A stretch of DNA of 64,000 nucleotides from Octopus bimaculoides (lineage: Eukaryota). The first letter of the stretch is position 1; each line of letters starts with the position of its first letter. This document shows positions 26,201-46,860 of this stretch, in pieces. The notes under the pieces are model-generated. The model was not told where the DNA came from. It did not search any database and was given only the letters and a program-made list of their open reading frames with translations. The position numbers were made by a program, and so were the translations under genes. Location: positions 1,840,896 through 1,904,895 of the forward strand of contig NC_069001.1 of the NCBI RefSeq assembly GCF_001194135.2. The letters run 5' to 3'.

Positions 26201-27436
26201 TCATTGCTGTTTGCGACCTCTTCAATGACATGCTTTCGCTACTCCAGGTCAGCATCAGATCTGTCTTTCGATCTGTCTTTTAGTGTTAACATTTATATAA
26301 ATCCCTGTGATACAACAAAGTCCGTTTCCACCCACAAGTTCACATCAAAAATCTTGTAAACCAAATATGAAAGCAAAATGTTTTATTTTATTGTTATTTT
26401 TTTGTAGGGATCATCGTAGCACTACGGGAATATTACAAGCAACACAGCAAAAACAAAGATGTTTGGTTATGTTCAGATGTCGACCATTATGGTGGTTCGT
26501 TTGGAGATACCGGATGGGGATGTGGCTACCGAAATCTGCAGATGATGCTTTCCAGCCTGGCCAAAGAGCCCGTTTATCGGAACTTGCTCTCCGATGACTA
26601 CAAATGTACCTACCTTGTTTTTTATATTTATTTATTGCCATTGATATTATTACAATTATTGTTATTATTATGGGGGTGAGCTGGTAAAATTGTTAACACT
26701 CTGGACAAAATGCTTAGCAGCGTTTCGTTGATCTTTACGTTCTGAGTTCAAATTTCATGATGGTTGAATTTGCCTTTCATCCTTTTGGGGTCAGTGAAAT
26801 AATACCAGTCAAGTACTGGGCTCAATGTAATATAACTTCCCCAACACTTCAAAAACTGATGGCCCTATGCCAAAATTTCAAACTATTATTATTATTGTTA
26901 AGGCAGCGAACTGGCAGAATCGTTAGTACGCTGGACGAAATGCTTGGCGGTATTTCACCTGTCGCTACATTCTCAGCTCAAATTCCATTGAGGTAGACTT
27001 TGCCTTTCATCCTTTTGGAGTTGATAAAATAAATACCAGTTGAACACTGGGGTCAATGTAATCGACTCATTCCCTCCCCACCAAATGGCTGCCCTTGTGG
27101 CAAAATTTGAAACCATTATTATTATTATTATTATTATTGTTATTATCATGGTGGTGAGTTGGCAGAATGGTTAGCATGCTGGATGAAAAGCTTTGCAGTT
27201 TTTCACTCATCTTCACATTCTGAGTTCAAATTCCTCTGAGGTTGACTTTACCTTTTATCGTTTTGGAGTCGATAAAATAAGTACCAGTGAACCAATGGGG
27301 TTGATGTAATTGACTTATCCCCTTCCCCAAATGGCTGCCCTTGTGGAAAAATTTGAAACCATTATTATTATTATTATCATTATTATTATTATTGGTATTA
27401 TTATTATTATTATTGGTATTATTATTATTATTATTG

Positions 27437-27477
<41 letters not shown>

Positions 27478-28389
27478 GGTATTATTATTAAGGCAGTGAG
27501 CTGGCAGGAGCATCAGCACACCAGACCAAATGCTTGGCAGCATTTCTTCTTGCCCTACGTTCTGAGTTCAAATTCCGCTTTGGTCCAATTTGCCTTTTAT
27601 CCTTTTGGTGTCAATGAAATAAGTAGCACTCAAACACCGGGGTCAATGTAGTCGTCTCCTCCAAAATTGCTGGCCTTGTGCCTTTTGTAGAAAGATTCAT
27701 TATTGTTGTTGTTGCAAAAGTGTAACAAATTTCTTCAAACTTACTTTCCCATGACTGCAGCTGGGCAATTTTTGTCTGTCATTTATATATTCCCATGATA
27801 TTTAATACAATACATCCACACATCCACACATATCATCCAGACATACGTATTTATATAACTCTATGTTTTTTGCTTGTTTCAGTCATCAGACTGCAGCCAT
27901 CCTTCAAGAATTCTTTTTAAGTCAAACGAATCGACTCCAGTTCTTTTTTTATATCGGTTGCTTCATTTATTACAACCTCATGACTATTTCTGACATTTGC
28001 AGCAAAGAATGGTCTGGTGGCATCGATAAAACGGTTGCAACAGCTGATCGAAAGGGCTTGGCAGCATGGGTTTGACCAGCAAGGGGCTGAACAATTGGGC
28101 AATAAACTTGTGGACACAAGGAAATGGATTGGCGCCACAGAAATTGTTGCTATGCTGTCTTCATTGAAGTTCAAGTAAGTTAAATGGCTTAGACGTTGTT
28201 TTATCTTGTTCCAGTCATTGGAATTGGATGGTGGCCCTGCTGGAGCACCACCTTGGCATATTTAGTTGAACGAATCAAAAACAGTGCGTAATTTTGGTGT
28301 CTGGTGCTTATTCGTTTGGACTCTTTTGCCAAACTGCTATGCTACAGGGATGTAAACAAACCAATATCAATTGTCAATTGGGGGACAAT

Positions 28390-28421
<32 letters not shown>

Positions 28422-29337
28422 AACACACACATGCACATGAACGCACACACACACACGAACGAATGCATGCACACACTAGTGTATGTACATACATGCAGAC
28501 ACAAATACACACACACACACACATATACACACACACTTGCATGCACATGTGTACAGACACACACATACACTCACAAACACACACACACATGCGTACAGAC
28601 ATAATGTATATTTGAACCGTTTCTGATTTTACCATGGACAGGTGCCGTTTGATAGACATCCATTCTCCAACTGGACAGCCAGAGACACACCCTAGAATGT
28701 TCCAGTGGATTCGAGATTTCTTCAAAAGGAAGGATTACCACGAGTTTCGCTCCCCCCTCTACTTACAGTATCAAGGTAAGCTGTGCGTCACCTTCCCCAC
28801 CATCGTCATCAACTCCACCTCCGACTCCACAGCCTTGGATATAAGGGGGTCGTTGTGAGACTGATTAGCATAAGCAGAATGCAGGTTGGCATGGCTGTGT
28901 GGTAAGAAGTTTACATGCCAACCATGTGGTTTTGGGCTCAGTTCTACTGAATGGCACAAGTTTAAAATTTTTTTTTTTTTTTATTATTGCTCCCGGCCAA
29001 TTGTGAGTGGATTTGGTAGAGAGAAACTGAAAGAAGCCCTTCCTGCTATTACATCTTAGATGTAACCCTACGTTAAGGATCGGCAGTATCTTTGCTCACA
29101 ACTACATAGGCAACTAAGACAATTTTCAAAAGCATGCTCCATGTTTGCTTGTGAAAGTTTGAATTGAACCCATGACATTTTGAGTGGTAGCCAAATAACC
29201 TAACCACTCAGCCACATTGATGGATTCAAGCTGCATCTGTTGGATGTGTGATGCACACACTCATACATACACACACACACGCATACACAAATATATATAG
29301 GTATATATACATACATACGCGCAGACATATACAGAAA

Positions 29338-29369
<32 letters not shown>

Positions 29370-29948
29370 TATCCAGCATTAAAAGCAGTGCTCCAGCATG
29401 GCCACAGTCAAATGACTGAAACAAATAAGACTACACACATACATACATGATGGTGGGCTTCTTTCAGTCTCCCAAATCCGCCCACAGGGCAAGGTACTTG
29501 CCTAAAGGGCCTTACAGTAGAACTAAACTGAAAACCATGTGGTTGCAAACCACTGTCACCACCCCACTTTTCTTTGTTCATTGTTTTCTATTTTCTGAAG
29601 GTAATTCTCTTTGATCTCCATTTCCAGGTCATAGTCAGACAGTGATTGGTGCTGAGACTTCTCGACAAACAGGTGCCATTACATTATTGATATTGGACCC
29701 GGCCAGTAGTAAGTCCCACATGAAGAAACTCAAAGCCCAGACGACGCCAGCCTTGATGCAGCCTCTACGCAAATACCTAAACAACATGACTAAAGACCAA
29801 TACCAGATTGTCGCAGTTGTCGGAACCCTCACTGACCAAGAATGGCACGTTAGTAGATTTATTTGTTCTTCTTTTTGTGAATGTGGGTGTGTGTTTGCAT
29901 GTATGCACATACATGTACGTATATATGCATATACTCATTTATTATTTG

Positions 29949-29993
<45 letters not shown>

Positions 29994-30195
29994 TTTTGGT
30001 ATATACACTTCTGAATTGAAGTTTCTTTTGTTGTGTTTTCATTTCTTATGCTCACCTTTGTCTGCTAACGAAATTAATTACTGTGTAACAAGTTCCAACT
30101 GCAATTATGTTTAAATGAATACCTGTAAACACTTTTTTTATTATTATTCACTGTTGCAGGCTAGCAAGACTTTAAAATCCGAGAAACTCACTTGA
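22467..30195 (+). CDS. ZUP1: ZUP1/ZUFSP zinc finger-containing ubiquitin peptidase (K63-chain deubiquitinase), 8 coding exons, 604 aa
   Basis: Exons 22467-23277, 23847-23920, 25338-25506, 26408-26605, 28003-28174, 28642-28775, 29628-29848, 30160-30195 sum to 1815 nt with compatible phases. Two C2H2/UBZ-like fingers, MIU ([15 protein letters not shown]), ZHA-like helix, [14 protein letters not shown] (Cys), YLQYQGHS (His), LLILDP (Asp), GFDQQGA, WIGATE. Confidence 0.93.
23847..23920 (+). CDS. ZUP1: ZUP1 exon 2 (MIU motif)
   Basis: [24 protein letters not shown]; CAG acceptor, GTATGT donor. Confidence 0.88.
25338..25506 (+). CDS. ZUP1: ZUP1 exon 3 (ZHA-like helical arm)
   Basis: [15 protein letters not shown]...[10 protein letters not shown], aligns by eye to vertebrate RQYGLDNSGGYKQQ...GFDDGKTKT. 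Confidence 0.88.
26408..26605 (+). CDS. ZUP1: ZUP1 exon 4 (catalytic Cys)
   Basis: [10 protein letters not shown]...[28 protein letters not shown]; 3' boundary depends on a weak GTACCT donor. Confidence 0.88.
26672..27715 (+). mobile_element. Four head-to-tail copies of SINE family B separated by (ATT)n
   Basis: Units start near 26672, 26900, 27150, 27490; each has gagctggcagaa A-box-like, gttctgagttcaaattc B-box-like and gactttgcctttcatcctttt. Family also at 2048-2640, 8500, 10250, 19400, 57890. Confidence 0.85.
28003..28174 (+). CDS. ZUP1: ZUP1 exon 5
   Basis: [51 protein letters not shown]; GTAAGT donor. Confidence 0.92.
28642..28775 (+). CDS. ZUP1: ZUP1 exon 6
   Basis: [27 protein letters not shown]...SPLYLQYQG; GTAAGC donor. 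Confidence 0.92.
29628..29848 (+). CDS. ZUP1: ZUP1 exon 7 (catalytic His and Asp)
   Basis: HSQTVIGAE...LLILDPASS...[19 protein letters not shown]; GTTAGT donor. Confidence 0.92.
30160..30195 (+). CDS. ZUP1: ZUP1 terminal exon
   Basis: ttgcag acceptor, [11 protein letters not shown]-stop, similar to vertebrate ASQVFTAEKIP end. Confidence 0.8.
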   Translation, partial: ASKTLKSEKLT

Positions 30196-30879
30196 AATTG
30201 TACATTGACCATCACGACTACCACCACCACCACCACCACCTCCTCCTCTAACACCAGCCAACACCAATGTCACTATGGCTAATAACTGCTAAAACCAACA
30301 CCACCACCGACCTCCAACACCTTGTTATTGTTTTTGTTATGTTTTCCTTATTATTATTGTTGTTGTTTGTTCGTTTGTTTTTGACAACTTCTGCCTCTGC
30401 ACACCGAATCTACAACTTTCCACCTATTTGCCTTCTCTTCGATGTCCGTCACCCAACACAAATAAAATGGATGGAACGAACTTAACATAAAAAAAAAAAA
30501 ACTAAAATAAAACATATGGTTAACTTATTTTATATCTCTATTGCTGAACATTAGCAGCAGAAGCAGCAACCGTTTGTTTCAATGGAACTAATCACTGGTC
30601 TGGTTGACTGTGTTTTCAAATATGCCGAAAATTACAAGGGAGTGTCTGTAGCTCGGTGCAGAACAAATATCAACAGGAGACTTCATTAAAAAAAAATGGA
30701 AAAATGGAAAAAAACTAGTATATTATTTATATATAATTTTTGCATCTTGGTTTCTTGCTGATGTTTACATCCATTGCATAAATATACATATGTATGTACA
30801 AATATATATATGTATATACATAGAAATAATTTATATTAACATATACGTGCATATGTATATGTGTTTGTACATACACATA

Positions 30880-30992
<113 letters not shown>

Positions 30993-31754
30993 ATGCATGC
31001 ATGTACATTGGACTTTTGCACTGTTCCCTTCTACCAAATTCCACATGCAAGACATTGGTAAACTCGCAAAGGTTACATATGGTAGAAGACACTTACCCAA
31101 GGTGCTGTGCAGTGAGATTGAATCTAAACCTGTAATGGTTGCAAAGAGAATTTTTAAACCAAAACAGCCATGTCTGCACCCATTCCATTGTTTTTTTTGT
31201 TTTTTTTTCCTTTCTGACCCTCCCCCACCTCTCCTTGTGCTAATTATTCTGTGATAAAATCTGCAATTTACTTCTGAACAATACATTTTACATTTTACCA
31301 CATGTATTCATATTGTTGTTGTTGTTGTTATTCTGAAAGTTTTCGTTGGTTTTTTTTTTTCGGTTTTTTTTCCCATTAAATGAATAAAAGTTTATTCTTT
31401 ACTTAAAACTATTTCTCTTTGTGTATTCTATGCTTCATCTTTTACTTATTTTATCCCCTCAACTCCCCTGCTTTTTTTTTTTTTACTATAGTTTTGTTTC
31501 TCCTCCATGCAAAACACCTGTTTCTGTCCCCAGCTAATCATACTCGAACCTCTCGTCACCCTAATATAAAGCCCACCTCTCTCAATACTACTCAGTCCTC
31601 AATCAAAGGATTTTGTCTTACAAGTGCCATCCACATCCTCTTGAATGACATGCCATCTCTCCACCAGATCGGTTTCAGGTCAAGCAATCAATTAGTTCGT
31701 TGGTTAAATAGCTAACCAATTAGTTCAATTTCACTTCATTATTTGTCAGTGGTG

Positions 31755-32000
31755 TGTTTATTTATATTGTACAAATAGGTGTCCTCACCTTTGTTGTTAC
31801 CACAATGTTTCGGCTGATGTACTCTCCAGCCTTCCTCAGGTGTCCTGGTGGAATTTCAAACCAAACCTGTTATTTGACTAATGGGGTATTTTGTTCTCAT
31901 TCCTAAGGTATTTTTTGCTGATGTTATTATTTATTCAAGTCACTGCTTGGGATTGAACCTAGAATTTTAAGGTTAGTAACCCACACTTTTAACCTATCTG
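31755..32000 (-). mobile_element. Single, more diverged copy of the same tRNA-headed hammerhead element
   Basis: Shares ttctcattcctaaggtattttt body, tRNA-like head near 31995 and GACAC-CTGAGGA-A-GGCTG...CAGCC-GAAAC at 31846-31801. Confidence 0.7.
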
Positions 32001-34339
32001 TTTGATGTAAATAATTCTTCATCTCTAAAATATAGAACAGTGTGTTTACCATTGGCACAATGACCCTACTAAGATTTAAAAAAAAAAAGTGATAATTCAT
32101 ATAAGAATTATAGGCAAAGGCATGGCTGTTTGGTAAGAAGCTTGCATCCCAACCACATGGTTCTGGGTTCAGTCCTGCTGCATGGCAAGTGTTTTCTATA
32201 GTGTCAGGCCAACCAAAACCTTGGTACTTGCTCTGTTGGTCTATTTTGCTGAACTGCTGAGTTACAGGGACATAAACATACCAACACCGGTTGTCAATGG
32301 TGGTCGGGGACAAAGACACACATACACAGCCACAGTCTAACCCATGCCAGCATGGAAAGCAGACATTAAATGATGATTTTATATATATATATATATAATG
32401 AGCTTCTTTCAGTTTACAAGGTTTTGGTCAGCTAGAGGCCATCGTAGAAGACGCTCATCCAAGATGCCATGCGGTGGGACTGAACCCAAAAATATGCTTG
32501 GGAAGGAAACTTCTTACCACACAGCCACTAGTAAACAAAAAGGAAGAAACAATGAAATTTTAAATATATTTATTTAAACCAATTCTAAGTGACAAACATT
32601 GAGATAATTAGCTGAGAAATTATTAAAAAAAAAAACAGCTAAAATGTTTCGTTAAAACAAAACCAGGTGAAATAGAAATTCAGTGATGCTTATTATTATT
32701 ATTATTATTATTATTATCATTGTCCAGTATGTTGTAGCCCTTGACAGCCATTGATATGTTTTATTTGCAAGATTTTGAGCCAATAATTGGTCTGTGAAGC
32801 ACAACTCTGCAGCAGAGTGGACAGGAGCAATGGAAAATGAAGTGTCTTGCCCAAGGACATATTGCATAGATCAGCTAGTCCAGGAATTAGGCCCACGGCC
32901 TTATAAGTGTTAAGTCAGACAGCTTAACCACGGGGCTAAAATACCCCAAATAAGTACCCCAGATAACATTTGGAATAGAAACTCAATCTAAAGGTGATTC
33001 TTAATAAAATTATACCAAAACAACAAAACAAAAGGACTTCTTTGACCCTTTTGTTAACCATATTCTGTGCCATAGACTGCCTTTGTTTTAGATCAATTTG
33101 AAAATGGTGAAGAATTTAACAAAATAACTTTGCCAATATCAATGAGGTGTTTGAAACATAAATTAACATGAAATTTTAATGGTAACTTTTAACTTTAGAT
33201 TACTTTACATAGGAAGTTTCTGTTATTTAGAACCAAGGGTGGTAACAGCTTCATTGATATCAAAAGAGTTACAAGAGGTGTGTGTGTGTATAAATATATA
33301 TACACATCCCAACATTTTCTGCATAGCCATTTATATATATGTGTGTGTGTGTGTGTATATTCGTTGTTAGTGATGGAAGCAATATTAGTTCAAAATAGCA
33401 TTTTCTATATCTTACTTAATGTAGGTATACTGCAGAAAACAAAAATAGACTGCTGTATTCATTTTGAAAAAGCATCTCATCTAGACATACAGTTCTAAAA
33501 GGCACAGAAGAATATCTGTGGAAGAGATGAAAAGTGCCCAGCAGCTGAAAGATTGGGTATTTACCCTTATAAGATGGAAAAAAAAGTTGCGAGCAGCTGG
33601 CTTATATATATATAAATATATATCCCAACATTTTCTGCAGGGCCATTTATTGGGCTTTTTTCTGTTTCCTTTCTCAACAAGTTTTGTATGTCTCTGATGA
33701 GAATTGCTATAGCTTAACTAAGTTAAATAATTTCATTTAACAAAGAAAAAAAAAAACAACTCCATCCAAGCTCATCATAATTGTCCACAAATGACATCTT
33801 TTGTGACCAAAACCTGTCTATATGTGTGATATAGAAAATAATTACAATTATATATCGTCATAAAACAATTGTATGGTTATGATTGTATAAACGCAAAACC
33901 ATTTCAGTAATGTCTGACATATATTTGAACCTGTAAAAGCTTTTCACAGCAGTTTGTCATGGAGAAAAAAATTATCCTTGCTTAAGACAAAAAAAGTGAT
34001 AAAACACCATAGATTTAACAATATATTTCCTTCTAACTTTTGCATCCATTTTTCTAAGCTTTATATCAGAGATTTGGTTTTCTATTTTCTTTTTCTGTTT
34101 TGTGTGATGTTCGTTTTGTAAAGAAACAACTGGTTTTATAGCTGGACAATACCCATTATATGGCTACCAACCTGACTGAAGTGTGTTCATGTGTGCATGT
34201 GTGTCAGACAGGCAAATCTGGAGCAAACAAAGTGAGATTCTTTGCTCAGGAGCAGAACACAATGGCTGAAGTGTAAGTTCTGAGTGCATGACTCTATGGA
34301 CAATGTTCTAGAAACTTTTGCTTCATACTCAATATATAT

Positions 34340-34371
<32 letters not shown>

Positions 34372-34692
34372 NNNNNNNNNNATATATACACACATACACA
34401 CTCGTGTGTGTGTAATAAGCCAAGATAAAAATTGTTCAATCTAAATGATGCATGTACGTATGTATACATACACACATACACAAATTTAAATATACATCTA
34501 TATTTATACACACACACACACACATATATATATATTTAAATTTGTATGTATGTATGCATATCTATATATATATATATATACATATAATATCAAGAGTTTC
34601 CATATGTAGCTGATATATATTCATTGTTAATGAAATACAGATGATGCAGCTAAATATATAAACAAGATCCTTTTTGTTTTACTACATATATA

Positions 34693-34724
<32 letters not shown>

Positions 34725-35903
34725 CGTATAAATATATATATATATATATGATGTATATATATATATATACACACATGCAAATACATGCACATTCAGACAT
34801 AAAGAAGAAATAAAGACAAAATGTTTGTGCAGACCATGTGCAAAAATGTGGATAAAATTTTAAGATTTCCAATACAAATTTACATCTAGTCTCTGAAAAA
34901 AAAAAAAAAAAAAAAAAAAAAAACAGTAAAAAAAAAATTGCTGGAAATGTACACAATTGCTTTTTCTATCTCCCAAACATTTAAATCAGAAAATTAATTA
35001 CAATGATTTTAAAAAATAAAATAGTATTTCATTTCAGAAAAAACTTATTTTTTTTCTGGTTTGATATTCAATTTGAACTCTTCGAAAAAAAATGCCTACT
35101 TCAAAGAAAAATGGAAATAATACTGTTTTTGATGTATTTCTGTGGTTTTTTCTTTCTTTCATTATTTGATGAAACTGTTGGAGTAGGACTTTGATGACAG
35201 AGTGACGGTACCAAAATCACTTGAGTTTCTCAATGTCCTGAGAAATAATGCAAAAGATTAGTGTGATTAATGAAAAAATGATTAATAATTTAGAAGACAA
35301 TGAAAATGTGGCAGTGAAGAACATGATAATTACAAATAATAAGTCCTGGGGTCGATTTGCTCGACTACAGGTGGTGCTCCAGCATGGCCGCAGTCAAATG
35401 ACTGAAACAAATAAAAGAATATATACAATGAGCTTCTTTCAGTTTGCATCTACCATATTTACTAAGAAAGCTTTGGTCAGCTCAGAGAGCTATAGTAGAT
35501 GCCATGCATTAGGATTGACCCCGGAACCATGTGGCTGGGAAGCAAACTTGCAAACACACAGCCAAGTGTTTGTGCTATGTTGAATTTGATTGTCTTTTAC
35601 ATGTTCAGACTTGAAAAGACAGACACACTAGAAAGTGTCTGGAGAGAAAAACTCTCCTTACAGACAATATGTGAGAATGGGCAATGAATGACATCATTAA
35701 AGCATTTCTGTGTCATTATATATCATCAGCAACAGATACCAAGTCATCCTTCATAGCCACTAAGAAGAGCAACTGGAACATTCGCTGACACGCACAAAGC
35801 TTTGTCAAGCTGTAATTAATTAATTAGAGACACACCAAGCAGCTTTGAATGAAATGTGAGTACAACCATATTTAACATGTGGGCACTCAGAGGCCCAATA
35901 AAC

Positions 35904-43258
<7,355 letters not shown>

Positions 43259-46200
43259 CTTCAGTGCAGTACTGGAGAGGGATGCTGCCAAGAAGAAAGA
43301 AAATATTAACTGTTGTTACAAGAAAAGTAAATGTTAACACGTTGTCGTCGTCGTCATCAGCAGCAGCATCAACATCACAAACACCATCACCATTACCATC
43401 ATCATTTTTACCACGGTCACAACTACGACCACCACCACCACCACTGTCACCACCATCATGACTAAGAATCATCATTGCAGCCACCATTACTCCCCACCAC
43501 CCCCACCACCCCACCCATCATTGCCTTCACCATTTTTATGTCTATTTTATCGATGCCGACAGGGATTAGAGATATGTGTGTTTAGAGATATGAATATGTT
43601 GAAAAGACTACCGGAGATTCTTCAACAAGATGTGTGTTGTTCTGGGAGGAGCTGAAAGACAACTTGGAGACTGTGTCAGGGTGAATTCAAAACCTTGTCT
43701 GCAGACAGAACTAACCGTGGTACCATGGCCATATGGTTGCTAAGTCTTGAAGGAATTAAATAGCAACAGCATTGCTTTAATATTTCCTTTGCGGGCATGT
43801 TTAAATAAGCTACTGTAGCAAAACATTATGTTCACTCTCTGTACACTCCAGCCATACCCACCCCCCAGCACCAGCTCCACTAATCCTACGTCAAAAGAAT
43901 CTTGGCTTACAAAAGATATTCTTCATTCATTTTAGAACAAAACAAAAATCACTTCAATCACAGAAAAGTGTGTGTGTGTGTGAGTGTATGTATATGTATA
44001 CACACACACACACACACTCATATTATACATGCATGTGTATGTGTGTGTATATGTGTGTGTGTATACATATAAGTGAAGAGAACAATGAGAAAAAATGTAC
44101 CAACCAGATTAGTGAAACAAGAGAAAATAACTTTTCTATAGACCTAATTATGAAATGAGGTGATTAAGATATACGAGGACTATCAATAGCAATGGAAGAA
44201 TAAATACTGCAGTATATGTACATGATGATGATGATGATGGCGGAAAATGATGGTGATGATGGGGATAACGATAAAAATGATAATGACAATGGCCATTGTG
44301 ACGATGATGATGGTGATGATGGCAGTGATGGTATAAGTACACTGACAACAACAACAACAACAACATGAACCAAACCCTCAAAGAATGAGGAAAAGTAAAA
44401 GCTTTTCTCAGAAATGAATTAATGAAAGATACTTTATTGTTCCAGGAAAAAAAAACAGTAAAAAAAAGGATTTTTCAATATGTAGAGTGAATGTAATTAT
44501 CTACTAATTGGTCTTAATGATGAATGAAATGAAAAAACAGTTACAAAGGAATAAGATCTATATTACTGAATATTAAGAGAGCAATGGAAACAGATTAAAT
44601 GGACACATGTGCAGGCACGGCCATGTGGTTAAGAAATTGGCTTCTCCCACTGCATGGCACCTTGGGCAAGTGTCTTCTACTACAGCCTCAAGTCAAGTAA
44701 AGCCTTGGGAGTAGATTTCGTAGACAAAAACTGAAAGAAACCTGCTGTGCATGTATGTGTATATAATGTACTGTTCCGTGATGGTAAAATCAACAAAAAC
44801 AGATGTGCCATCTGGTGAAAGACAAATATTTAACCCTTTTGTTACCAAACCAGCTGAAACCAGTTCTGGCTCTGAGTACAAATGTCTTGCTTTCGTCGTC
44901 ATAAGTTTTGAATTAAAATCTTCCACCAAAGCATATGTATACATGTATATATAATTCTGTGTATATATGTGTGCCTGAATGTGCATTATGTTTAAATGTA
45001 TGTCTGCAGAGGTGCATGCAAAATGAACACCCACATACAGACTCATTGTTTTTAAAAACATTAATTAAAAGTATTAATTAAAAGAATTGTTTTGGAACTT
45101 CGCTTAAACAGCAGCACAATTTCATGGCTTCGATTGTATGGTGAGGCTCCAGTTTGGGACTTCTGGAGTTGTGGGGGAGCATGAAATCACCACTCAATTT
45201 ACCATTACTCCCAGGTCCTTTCTGATCCAAAAAGGTAGCACCTATCAGAATCGCATCTATGGGTTAAATGGACATCCCAGGGGTAGAGGAGACTTGCGTT
45301 ATTTTTGACAAAGCCACGAGGACGCCAGCTCTTGTAGAAGAAAGATCCTCTGGCATAAAACTTGTCAAAATAGCTAGCAGTCATCTTTGCAATGCTTGTT
45401 ACTGGAACCTTCTATGGTGACCAAGAGTATGGCAAAAGCACTGTACAAGCTTTTGTCAGTTAACCCTTTATCATTTAAACCAGCCAAAATATTCTGCCTG
45501 TTTTATGTTCAAACTGGCCAGATCAGGCCTCTCACACTTACCCTCCAATGTCATTCTAAAACTAAACAATCACATCACTGAAGTCTCAAAGTGATGAGAT
45601 AAAGCACGATTAATTCAAAACAATGTGAATAAATAAGCATTGCATTTGTCAGATTAATCTGAATATGGTAAAGGATTCAATCCAATGATGTACAGATGTC
45701 TCATCATTTCATTTCTTCATCCATTTTGTATCTCCTCATGCAAAATGGATGTGTATATTTATATCAGTGCACGTGCAAGGATATAAGTAAATCGGAACAA
45801 CCAAGCTGAATGTGAGCTGGCTATCATCTGACAAAATGAGGCAATCATATATATATATATATATATATATATGATTTATTGAAGCTGAATGTTTATCTAG
45901 TGGCTCAAGTTTCATACAACTGCAATCTTTGTGTGTGCATNNNNNNNNNNNNNNNNNNNNNNNNNNNNNNNNNNNNNNNNNNNNNNNNNNNNNNNNNNNN
46001 NNNNNNNNNNNNNNNNNNNNNNNNNNNNNNNNNNNNNNNNNNNNNNNNNNNNNNNNNNNNNNNNNNNNNNNNNNNNNNNNNNNNNNNNNNNNNNNNNNNN
46101 NNNNNNNNNNNNNNNNNNNNNNNNNNNNNNNNNNNNNNNNNNNNNNNNNNNNNNNNNNNNNNNNNNNNNNNNNNNNNNNNNNNNNNNNNNNNNNNNNNNN

Positions 46201-46619
46201 NNNNNNNNNNNNNNNNNNNNNNNNNNNNNNTCATCATCATCATCATCATCATTTAACGTCCGTTTTCAATGCTAGCTTGGGTTGGACAGTTTGACAAGAG
46301 CTGGCCCAGCTAAAGAGCTGCACCAGGCTCCATGTCTGCTTTGGCATGGTTTAAGATAACAATAAACACACAGAGATTGTGATTTCAATGTATATTTCAG
46401 ACTGAATTAGAGCTGCACAACAATAACAACAACAACAAACCTCGTTAACAGTGAAGCAACAAGAGTTTAGGTCAGTGGTCCTCAACGAGGGTCTATGACC
46501 TTTGGAGGGGGCCATGTAAGATTTTGTTGTTAAAATTTATGAACAATAAATAGGTTATACGTCCACAATACACAAAATATTTTAACAACTTTTTTTTTTT
46601 GACACAATTTCTAATAATA

Positions 46620-46860
46620 TTTAATAAGCACCATCCAAGCGTGGCCGATGCCAGTATCGCTTGACCGGCCCCCGTGCCGGTGGTACGTAAAAAGCACCCA
46701 CTACACTCTTGGTGTGGTTGGCATTAGGAAAGGCATCCAGTTGTAGAAACGTTGCCAGATCAGATTGGAGCCTGGTGCTGCCTTCTGGCTCGTCAGCCCT
46801 CAGTCAAACCGTCCAACCCATGCCAGCATGGAAAGCGGACGTTAAACGACGACGATGATG
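46620..46860 (+). mobile_element. SINE family C with (GAT)n tail
   Basis: ggcattaggaaaggcatccagttgtagaaac...ggaaagcggacgttaaacgacgacgatgatg; antisense fragments at 23350, 36900, 40945, 46230, 62215. Confidence 0.7.

Noticed and set aside
26672-27715. Regularly spaced repeats resembling a CRISPR-like array
   Set aside because: Units are ~220-nt diverged SINEs with ATT tails in a eukaryotic intron; no short repeat-spacer structure.
31940-32000. tRNA-like sequences here and in all SINE heads
   Set aside because: No complete cloverleaf or acceptor stem; treated as SINE heads, not tRNA genes.
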